Shown here: positions 25,252 through 32,000 of the stretch, in pieces
Numbering within the stretch: position 1 is the stretch's first letter
Layout: each line of letters begins with the position of its first letter
From: Methylorubrum extorquens
Lineage (GTDB): Bacteria; Pseudomonadota; Alphaproteobacteria; Rhizobiales; Beijerinckiaceae
DNA length: 32,000 nucleotides
NCBI GenBank assembly: GCA_900234795.1
Contig: LT962688.1
Location: forward strand, 360,001 to 392,000
Direction of reading: 5' to 3'
Notes under the pieces: generated by a model
The model's database searches: none
What the model saw: only the letters and a program-made list of their open reading frames with translations
What the model was told of the DNA's origin: nothing
Program-made: the position numbers and the translations under genes

Positions 25252-26592
25252 ATGCCTGGAACAGCCTTCACCCGGCGCACCCTCCTGCCGGCGCTCACGG
25301 CCGCGCTCGGCGTCCTCGCCCTGGCGCTGCCCGCCGCGAATCCGGCGCGGGCGCAGCTTCAACTCCGCATCGGCAGCGGCGCCTTCCAGCCGATGCCGAT
25401 CGCCGTCGCCGACTTCGCCGGTGACGCCAGCCTCGGCACGCTGGTCGCCAGCGTCATCACGAACAACCTGCGCCGCTCCGGCTACTTCACGCCGTTGGAG
25501 AAGGGGCGCTTCCCCGAGAACCCGAGCTTCGACGCGGCGCCGAACTTCGAGGCGTGGAAGGGCGCGGGCGTCCAGGCGTTGGTGACCGGCCGGGTCGGTC
25601 GCGACGCCTCGGGCCGGCTCACCGTCGCCTTCCGCCTGTGGGACGTGGCCTCGGGCCAGCAGATCACGGGTCAACAATACGGCACCGACGTCGCCAATGC
25701 GCGCCGCACCGGGCATCTCGTGTCGGACGCGGTCTACACCAAGGTCACCGGCCTCGGGCCGTGGTTCGACAGCCGCGTCGCCTTTGTCGATGAGTCCGGC
25801 CCGAAGGAGAACCGCCGAAAGCGCCTGATGGTGATGGATCAGGACGGCGCCAATGTCCGCGCGCTGACCGGGGGCGGCGACGTCTCGGTGGTGGCGCCGC
25901 GCTACTCGCCGGCGGGGCAGGACATCGCCTTCATGACCCAGGCGCCGGGCCAGCAGCCGAAGGTCCAGATGATCGATCTGGAGACCGGCAAGCGTCAGAC
26001 GGTTGGCAACTTCGCCTCGATGAGCGCGAGCCCGCGCTTCTCACCGGACGGGCGCCGCCTCGTGATGAGCGTGCAGCAGGGCGGCAACGCCGATATCGTC
26101 ACCGTCGATATCGCCTCGAAGGCGCAGACGCCGGTCACGCAGGGACTGGCGATCGACACCTCGCCGAGCTACGCGCCGGACGGCAGCCAGATCGTGTTCG
26201 AGTCCGACCGTGGCGGCTCGCAGCAGATCTACGTGATGGGCGCCGACGGCTCGAATCCGCGCCGGCTCTCCTTCGGCGAAGGCTCGGCCTCGCAGCCGGC
26301 CTGGTCGCCCCGCGGCGACCTCATCGCCTTCACCCGGCAGCGCAAGGGGGGCTTTGCCATCTGCGTGATGAAGCCCGACGGCTCGGGCGAGCGGGTGCTG
26401 ACCGAGGGCTTTCACAACGAGAGCCCGACCTTCGCGCCGAACGGCCAATACGTGATGTTCTTCCGCGATCCCGGCGGGCAGGGCGGCGGCAAGCTCTACA
26501 TGGTCGATATCACCGGCAAGGTGGAGCAGCCGGTACCGACCCCGTCCTTCGCCTCAGACCCGACCTGGTCGCCGCTGTTGTCGGGCAAGTAA
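25252..26592 (+). CDS. tolB: Tol-Pal system beta-propeller protein TolB
   Basis: There is a signal peptide ending ANPARAQ. The N-terminal TolB domain has PIAVADFAGD. Repeated propeller blades are PRYSPAGQDIAF, PRFSPDGRRLVM, PSYAPDGSQIVF, PAWSPRGDLIAF and PTFAPNGQYVMF. Confidence 0.93.
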   Translation: MPGTAFTRRTLLPALTAALGVLALALPAANPARAQLQLRIGSGAFQPMPIAVADFAGDASLGTLVASVITNNLRRSGYFTPLEKGRFPENPSFDAAPNFEAWKGAGVQALVTGRVGRDASGRLTVAFRLWDVASGQQITGQQYGTDVANARRTGHLVSDAVYTKVTGLGPWFDSRVAFVDESGPKENRRKRLMVMDQDGANVRALTGGGDVSVVAPRYSPAGQDIAFMTQAPGQQPKVQMIDLETGKRQTVGNFASMSASPRFSPDGRRLVMSVQQGGNADIVTVDIASKAQTPVTQGLAIDTSPSYAPDGSQIVFESDRGGSQQIYVMGADGSNPRRLSFGEGSASQPAWSPRGDLIAFTRQRKGGFAICVMKPDGSGERVLTEGFHNESPTFAPNGQYVMFFRDPGGQGGGKLYMVDITGKVEQPVPTPSFASDPTWSPLLSGK

Positions 26593-27397
26593 GCCGGCCG
26601 GAAGCGCACAGAGCGCGGCCGAAGTCTCGCAATGACGGAGCGGCCAACCCGCACCGTCGTTGCGAGTCGAACGGCTTCGCTTCAACAGCACGGCCCGCGC
26701 TGAAATCCGCGCGAGCCTCGGCGGCTGGCACGGTGAAAACCTTCGCACTGATCATAAAAACCGCGGCGGAAGCGGTCCGCAGGTGGGGCTGATGCGTGTT
26801 CGAAGTCGTGCCGTGTCGGCCGCTTCTGCGCCCCTAAGGAGCCGCTTCCGTCCGGTGTTCGTGGCGGGCCACTCAGTCCAAGACCGAACGGGTTCTCAGA
26901 CTATCGTTGCGGCTTCATGCTGCGGTGGAGTCATCCCTGTCTCCTCCAGCTTTCACCAACAAACCACGCAAAGACCACGCGGTTACTGGCCGATGTGCTT
27001 GCGATCGCGAAGCACGAATGTAGACTGCGTCCGTATTGGCAGGCCGTCAAGCGGGAATTTACCGCCAAGCCTTCTGATTTTCGTTCCGACGAATGCTTGT
27101 TGAGTAAAATCGTTCGTCGGCAACGGCTTACGACCGGCGATGCGAAAGGGCGGTCCGCATCGGGCGGAACATCAGTGCCGGATACGACGCGAGCGCAGGC
27201 TGCGGCCCTCCGAGCGCGGCTCCCGACGCTGCACGTCCCCGCGGGGAAGACACCTCAGCGCAGCGACGAGGACACCGCACGCGACGGCAGACGCCCCCGT
27301 CACGGGAGATCGCTGCCGCCGGCGGACACAAAGCAGCATCAATCGTCGGCGAGATTGGAGAGCCTGTCCTCGCCGCTAATCCGGCGCCAGGACGGAC

Positions 27398-27442
27398 CCG
27401 CGGGCCGGCCTGAAGCTCCCCGGCAGGTGGGCCGGCCCGCGG
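27398..27442. repeat. Perfect 13-bp GC-rich inverted repeat (possible GST terminator or protein-binding site)
   Basis: ccgcgggccggcc (27398-27410), a 19-nt loop, then ggccggcccgcgg (27430-27442). On the minus strand it lies about 48 nt downstream of the GST stop. No U-tract follows on either strand. Confidence 0.6.
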
Positions 27443-27490
27443 ACAAACACCTCTTGGACGTCCAGTCTCGGACCCGCCGGATACCCCGCG

Positions 27491-28126
27491 TCAGATCGCG
27501 GTGAGGCCGCGCTGGACCGCCGGCCGGGCGAGCAGCGCGTCGAGCCAGCGGCGGACGTTCGGCAGATCCTCGATCGCGATGCCCTGCTTGCCGTGGAACT
27601 TCGCCCAGGTCAGCGCGGCGATATCGGCGATCGAGTATGCGTCGGCGAGATATTCGTGGTCGGCAAGCCGCCGGTCGAGGACGCCGTAGAGGCGTTTGGC
27701 TTCCTCCGTGAACCGATCGATGGCGTAGGGGATCTTCTCCTGCGCGTAGATGCGGAAATGGTGGGCCTGCCCCAGCATGGGCCCGAGTCCACCGACCTGC
27801 CAGAACAGCCACTCGTCCACCGCGGTGCGGGCGCGCTCGTCGCTCGGATAGAGGCAGCCGGTCTTGCGCCCGAGATATTGCAGGATCGCACCCGACTCGA
27901 ACACCGAGATCGGCGTGCCGCCCGGCCCGTCCGGATCGACGATGGCCGGGATCTTGTTGTTGGGGGAGATGCTGAGAAAGTCGGGCGCCATCTGCTCGCC
28001 CTTGCCGATGTTCACCGGCACGACCCGGTAGGGCAGACCGCACTCTTCGAGCATGATCGGGATCTTCCACCCGTTCGGCGTGCTCCAGGTGTAGAGTTCG
28101 ATCGGCTGCGCCGTCGTGACCGCCAT
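27491..28126 (-). CDS. yfcG: Nu-class glutathione S-transferase, YfcG-like (211 aa)
   Basis: Starts at ATG 28126: MAVTTAQPIELYTWSTPNGWKIPIMLEECGL...SISPNNKIPAIVD...FESGAILQYL...WLFWQVGGLGPMLGQAHHF...IPYAIDRF. As I recall it, this is close to E. coli YfcG along its whole length. The 161-codon upstream extension in the ORF track is Arg/Pro-rich and unlikely to be real. Confidence 0.9.
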   Translation of the reverse strand: MAVTTAQPIELYTWSTPNGWKIPIMLEECGLPYRVVPVNIGKGEQMAPDFLSISPNNKIPAIVDPDGPGGTPISVFESGAILQYLGRKTGCLYPSDERARTAVDEWLFWQVGGLGPMLGQAHHFRIYAQEKIPYAIDRFTEEAKRLYGVLDRRLADHEYLADAYSIADIAALTWAKFHGKQGIAIEDLPNVRRWLDALLARPAVQRGLTAI

Positions 28127-28485
28127 GCTGGCATCCCGGAAAAGCGGGCCCGCGCCCATCCTCACTTCACGAGGTAGCGCGGAACGGCCCGACGGCTCAA
28201 GCCGAAGGCCAAGCTCCAGGCAGGGCCGCTGCTCGAAGCCGCATGGCGGCTTTGCGGCGCGAAGAGCGCCGCGCGCAGCGGGGACTTCCAGAACTTCCGT
28301 TCTGAAAGTCCGTCGAGCGGAGCGGAAGCCTGAGCCCGCGGAGGCGGGCGCCGGCGATTGAGGCCCAAGCATCACCAGGGCGATCGTGCGCAAGTTGTGG
28401 AGAGCGCTTGCTCTTTGGCCCCCGATGCGGCTGTGATGCGAGGTGGACGGCCAAGCCGCCGAATCCAACCCACTGGAGTCGCCCG

Positions 28486-28767
28486 ATGTTCTCTCGTCTC
28501 CTCGCCGCCGCCCTGCTGGCCGCGCCGCTCCTCCTCGCCCAGGCCGCAACGGCCAAGGAAGCCTGGAACGCGCCGAGCGCCAAGGAGACGGCCAAGGAGC
28601 AGACAGCAAAGGAGCCCAGCGTGGCCCAATCCGCCGCGCGCGAGCGGCAGAAGAAGTGCGGCGCCGAGTGGCGCGCCCTGTCCGCCACCGAGAAGACGGC
28701 CCAGGGGCCGAAATGGCCGCAATATTACAGCAAGTGCGTCAAGCGCCTGAAGGAACAGAAGGCCTGA
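28486..28767 (+). CDS. Small secreted Lys-rich protein with two Cys (93 aa; possibly PsiF-repeat-like)
   Basis: ATG 28486 has TGGAG upstream. The signal peptide is MFSRLLAAALLAAPLLLAQAATA. The mature part is KE/TAKE-rich and ends ERQKKCGAEWRALSATEKTAQGPKWPQYYSKCVKRLKEQKA. Confidence 0.6.
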   Translation: MFSRLLAAALLAAPLLLAQAATAKEAWNAPSAKETAKEQTAKEPSVAQSAARERQKKCGAEWRALSATEKTAQGPKWPQYYSKCVKRLKEQKA

Positions 28768-28929
28768 CGCGGCCAGGAATCGCCTTGACCGACGATCGAA
28801 CCGGCACCGGGTGAACCGAATGGCGGCGAGCGTGTTGCCCCGCCGAATTGTTCTGACGGGCTCCCGAGCCGAAGCGGATGCCGGCTCCGCGCGGGAGCGC
28901 ACGAAAGCGAAGACGAAAGCCTTACCGAT

Positions 28930-29364
28930 ATGGAGCGTGAACACCGCTTCCTGCAGCGCACGGTGGCGGTCGTCGCCATCGTCCCCGTCCTGGCGGGGCT
29001 CTATGGCGTGCTGTTCGGCATCGACGGCATCGGCGGCGGCACGCCGGTCAACGTCTCGGCCGACAGCCATTTCCGCTACCTGTCGGGCCTGCTGACCGGC
29101 ATCGGCATCCTGTTCTTCACCTGCGTGCCGGGGATCGAGGACAAGTCGCGGCTGTTCCGCTTCCTCACACTCGTCGTGGTCCTCGGCGGGCTGGCGCGAC
29201 TGCTTGGGCTTTCGCTCACCGGCGTGCCGTCGTTGACCATGCTCGCGGCGCTGGCCCTCGAACTCGTCGTCACGCCGCTGCTGTGCCTGTGGCAGATGCG
29301 GGTCGCGCGCCAGGCCCGGGACCAGCGGCAAGAGTTGGCGCCCGGCCTCGAGACGGTGCGGTGA
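28930..29364 (+). CDS. DUF4345-like small membrane protein
   Basis: Four hydrophobic helices, with the motif SHFRYLSGLLTGIGILFF...FRFLTLVVVLGGLARL that I associate with DUF4345. The stop overlaps the next gene's GTG (GTGA at 29361-29364). Confidence 0.7.
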   Translation: MEREHRFLQRTVAVVAIVPVLAGLYGVLFGIDGIGGGTPVNVSADSHFRYLSGLLTGIGILFFTCVPGIEDKSRLFRFLTLVVVLGGLARLLGLSLTGVPSLTMLAALALELVVTPLLCLWQMRVARQARDQRQELAPGLETVR

Positions 29365-31397
29365 GCGGGGCGGCGCAGCGGACCGGCGGCGCCGGCTTCG
29401 GCGAGCGCCTGATTGACACCCTCGACCGTTGGGTGCCCCAACCCGCCGCCTGGGCCTTTGCGATCCGGATCTGGCTCGCCATGATGCTGGCGCTCTACGC
29501 CGCGTTCTGGCTCCAGCTCGACAGCGCGTCGTCGGCCGCGGTCTGCGTCGCCATCCTCGCCCAGCCCAAGCGCGGCCAAGCGCTGTCGAAGGCGGGCTAC
29601 CGCTTCCTCGGCACGGTGGTCGGCGGCATTGTCGGCATCGTACTGATCGCCCTGTTCGGGCAGGACCGGGTGCTTCTGCTCGTCAGCTTCCCCTGCTGGC
29701 TCGGCCTCTGCGTCTTCGTCGCACAATTCCTGCAGGATACCCGCGCCTACGGGGCGATGCTCTCCGGCTACACCGTTGCGATTATCGCGGTCGCGCATAT
29801 CGATGCGCCGCAGACGGTGTTCGATGCCGCCATCGGCCGCGTCGCGGCGATGGCCGTCGGCATCGTCGCGATCACCTTCATCAACGATGCGCTCGCCTCG
29901 CCGAGCACGTGGAAAGCCTTGCTCCCGCGCCTGGCCGCGGCCCATGCGGCGGCCAAGGCCTTTGCCCGCGAGAGGCTGACACAGGGCGATCCCGGCCCCG
30001 AGCGTACCGCCGCGCTGATCCGGCAGATCGCGCCGATGCGGGGCGACGCCAGCGCCATCGCCGGCGAACTCGACGACGGCGTGCATCGGGCCGCCGGCGC
30101 CCGCAGTGCCATCGCCGCGCTCTACGTCCTGGCCGCGGCGAGCCGGGCGCTCACGGCCGCGATGAGCCGCATCCCCGAACCCGGCCAGCGGGTGCGCGAA
30201 GCGCAGGCGCTCGCCCTGCGCGCGGTCTCGGAGGGGGACGAATCATGCTCCGAGGCGCTTGCCCGCGACGGCGAGCGGCTGCGCGACCTCGTGGATGCCG
30301 GGATGTGCGATGCCGGCGCCACCCTCGACGAGATTGTGGCGCTCCAGCGCGCCCTGGACGTCGTCAACGCCGCGACCTTCGCCGAGGACGGGGTCCGCGC
30401 CCTCTCGGACGGCCACGAGCCCCTGCGCCACATCGCCCTGCCGACCCATCGCGACTTTCAGGTCGCCCTGCGGGCGGCGTTGCGCGTGATGATCGCGTTC
30501 GGCCTCGCCGCCGGCCTGTTCATCCTGCTCGGGCTGCCGCAATCCTCCTTCGCCCTGGTTCAGGTCGCGGCGACCTGCTCGCTGTCCTCGGTCACGCCCG
30601 ATCCGCGCAAGTTCGCGCAAGGCGTCCTGATCGGGATGCCACTCGCCGCCCTCTGCGCCGGGTTCATCCTGTTCGTGGTGCTCAACGGCAACCAGGGCTT
30701 TCCCCTGCTCGCCATCGCCATGGCCCCGCCGGTCTTCTTCGGCTGCCTCGTGTCGCTGCACCCGCCGAGCTTCACCATCGGCTTCATCACCCTCGTGTTC
30801 ACGCCGGTGCTGCTGGCGCCGGAGAACCCGCAATCCTACGACCCTCAGACCTTCCTCGTGAACGCGCTGCTGGTCGTCTTCGCGGCGGTGATCCTGTTCC
30901 TGACGATCCGCCTCGTCCTGCCGATCTCCGCCTCGCAGCACCGTGCCTTCGCCCTCGAAGAGGCCCGTGAAGACCTCGCCGAAGCGCTCGCGGGGGAGGG
31001 CGGCGACGCCACCACGCGCACCAGCCTCAATGCCGACCGACTGTTCCAATTCTCGGCCTGGAACTCCGGCAGCGGCGCGGTGCGCCGGGCGAGCCTTCAC
31101 CACGCCTTCGCGGTGGCGCAGTTGGAGGCCGCCGCCGCGCGAGCCCACGCGCAATTGCGCTCGTTGAGCGAGGTCCGCGGCCTCGCCCCGCTGATCGGTC
31201 GGGCGCGCGAGGCGCTGGCCGCCGCCGGCTCGGACGATCTCGACCGGGCGGCGCGCGCACTGATCGGCGAGGCGCGCGTGCAGGACCGCACCGTGCGCAT
31301 GCAGCTCGCGCGTGCCGCGACAGACCTCGCGACCGCCTCGCGCGTTATCCGGCGGCACGGGCGCTTCTTCCGGCGCCTCTCCCTTCCCAACGCCTGA
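29361..31397 (+). CDS. FUSC-family (fusaric acid resistance / AaeB-like) efflux membrane protein
   Basis: WAFAIRIWLAMMLALYAAFWLQLDSASSAAVCVAILAQPKRGQALSKAGYRFLGTVVGGIVGIVLIALF is the typical FUSC N-terminal repeat. A second membrane half sits around residue 450, followed by a soluble C-terminus. The start is GTG 29361 (coupled) or GTG 29283. Confidence 0.85.
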   Translation: MSGAAQRTGGAGFGERLIDTLDRWVPQPAAWAFAIRIWLAMMLALYAAFWLQLDSASSAAVCVAILAQPKRGQALSKAGYRFLGTVVGGIVGIVLIALFGQDRVLLLVSFPCWLGLCVFVAQFLQDTRAYGAMLSGYTVAIIAVAHIDAPQTVFDAAIGRVAAMAVGIVAITFINDALASPSTWKALLPRLAAAHAAAKAFARERLTQGDPGPERTAALIRQIAPMRGDASAIAGELDDGVHRAAGARSAIAALYVLAAASRALTAAMSRIPEPGQRVREAQALALRAVSEGDESCSEALARDGERLRDLVDAGMCDAGATLDEIVALQRALDVVNAATFAEDGVRALSDGHEPLRHIALPTHRDFQVALRAALRVMIAFGLAAGLFILLGLPQSSFALVQVAATCSLSSVTPDPRKFAQGVLIGMPLAALCAGFILFVVLNGNQGFPLLAIAMAPPVFFGCLVSLHPPSFTIGFITLVFTPVLLAPENPQSYDPQTFLVNALLVVFAAVILFLTIRLVLPISASQHRAFALEEAREDLAEALAGEGGDATTRTSLNADRLFQFSAWNSGSGAVRRASLHHAFAVAQLEAAAARAHAQLRSLSEVRGLAPLIGRAREALAAAGSDDLDRAARALIGEARVQDRTVRMQLARAATDLATASRVIRRHGRFFRRLSLPNA

Positions 31398-31405
31398 CGT
31401 CTTTC

Positions 31406-31600
31406 ATGCAGCACGACCTCGCCATCGGCGGAATTCTGGTCTCGCCCTTCATCGCCTACGCGCTGATCGCCTTCGCGCTGCTGGTGGCCCTCCGGGTCGT
31501 GTTCCGCTGGATCCGGTTCGGGCGCTTCGTCGCCAACCCGCCTCTGGCGGAAGCGGGGATCTACGTCTGCCTTCTCGCGCTCGTGGTGGTGCTCCTGTGA
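31406..31600 (+). CDS. DUF1656 (AaeX-like) small membrane protein
   Basis: A 64-aa two-helix protein, MQHDLAIGGILVSPFIAYALIAFALLVALRVVFRWIRFGRFVANPPLAEAGIYVCLLALVVVLL, located between the FUSC and HlyD genes as in aaeXAB-type loci. Confidence 0.75.
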   Translation: MQHDLAIGGILVSPFIAYALIAFALLVALRVVFRWIRFGRFVANPPLAEAGIYVCLLALVVVLL

Positions 31601-32000
31601 AACGCGACGACGAAGGGCCGGCCGAAAGCCCGCAACAGGATCACATCCCGGCCGACGCGACGCATTCCGACGAGCCGCTCAAGGCGCAAGGCCCGGCCAA
31701 GGCGCTTCCGATCGGACGGCGTCGGCGAGGGGGCCGCCTACTGCGGCTGGCCGCGACCGGCCTCGTCCTCGCCTTCGCAGCGGTGGCGGCCACCATCGTG
31801 TGGCAGTTCTATGTGACCGCGCCCTGGACACGCGACGGGCGGGTCCGCGTGCAGGTGGTCAACATCGCCCCGCAGGTCGCCGGCACCATCGTCGAGCTGC
31901 GAGTCACCGACAACCAGGAGGTGAAGAAGGGCGACGTTCTCTACGTCATAGACCCGTTCGATTATCAGGAGGCGGTGGTCTCGGCCGAGGCCGCGATCAA
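31597..32000 (+). CDS. HlyD-family periplasmic adaptor (AaeA-like), N-terminal part (3' end off-window)
   Basis: GTG 31597 overlaps the DUF1656 stop (GTGA). A TM anchor LLRLAATGLVLAFAAVAATIVW is followed by APWTRDGRVRVQVVNIAPQVAGTIVELRVTDNQEVKKGDVLYVIDPFDYQ, the typical HlyD/AaeA lipoyl-like start. Confidence 0.85.
   Translation, partial: MKRDDEGPAESPQQDHIPADATHSDEPLKAQGPAKALPIGRRRRGGRLLRLAATGLVLAFAAVAATIVWQFYVTAPWTRDGRVRVQVVNIAPQVAGTIVELRVTDNQEVKKGDVLYVIDPFDYQEAVVSAEAAI

Noticed and set aside
23763-25585. Three long ORFs overlapping tolA (two on the minus strand at 23763-24896 and 23782-24903, one +1-frame ORF at 24299-25585)
   Set aside because: These are artefacts of the GCC/AAG/GAG repeat DNA of TolA domain II. 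Their translations are poly-Ala/Ser/Phe, poly-Gly/Leu/Arg or poly-Arg/Pro.
26798-26804. gttcgaa, a T-loop-like heptamer suggesting a tRNA
   Set aside because: The flanking bases do not form a T-stem or an acceptor stem. I found no cloverleaf here or elsewhere in the window.
26896-26947. Minus-strand GGAGGAG-N6-ATG opening a 12-codon ORF (MTPPQHEAATIV)
   Set aside because: It is too short to call from sequence alone and has no downstream gene to act on as a leader peptide.
26855-27103. Possible 82-aa Cys-containing ORF (GTG 26855) 13 nt after an AAGGAG, within the pal-less gap (part of track ORF 26660..27103)
   Set aside because: Third-position G+C is only about 60% by my tally, and it uses rare codons (aga, tta, gta, aat). 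The Shine-Dalgarno spacing is long and I recognise no family. It is kept only as a test item under the gap finding.
28127-28609. 161-codon N-terminal extension of the GST ORF
   Set aside because: The sequence is Arg/Pro/Gly-rich. Similarity to YfcG begins at MAVTTAQPIELY (ATG 28126).
29076-31358. 336-aa and 371-aa minus-strand ORFs opposite the FUSC gene
   Set aside because: These are shadow ORFs. The plus-strand frame is a coherent FUSC membrane protein.

Overview
High-GC (about 70%) alphaproteobacterial chromosomal segment. The gene content looks Rhizobiales/Methylobacterium-like, but that is inference only. Most of it is core housekeeping. In order: the 3' end of groEL; an orphan ParA-like ATPase with an overlapping unknown partner gene; a MAPEG gene and a membrane class III cyclase that both appear frameshifted at simple-sequence tracts; PBP1A; a PepSY-TM protein; an Mrr-type nuclease with a hydrophobic N-terminus; a MucR/Ros regulator preceded by a ~0.6 kb AT-rich island; a class II aldolase; a Pat-type acetyltransferase; dps; a YcbB-type L,D-transpeptidase; ruvB overlapping a Tat-exported metallophosphoesterase; a DUF4142-like protein; ybgC, a soluble PAS-MCP on the opposite strand, and tolQRAB with no pal; a ~0.9 kb ORF-poor gap; a yfcG-like GST; a small secreted protein; and a DUF4345-FUSC-DUF1656-HlyD efflux operon that runs off the end. 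I saw no rRNA, tRNA, CRISPR array, transposase, integrase or phage genes, and no convincing defence island. The best candidates for something undescribed are the ParA-like pair (1002-2421), the pal-less gap after tolB (26593-27490) and the stand-alone Mrr-type nuclease (8466-9251); all three are hypotheses. Gene calls rest on my recognition of protein motifs in the supplied ORF track and on hand-checked start and stop codons. No database search was run. Many long ORFs in the track are antisense shadow ORFs typical of high-GC DNA and were rejected.
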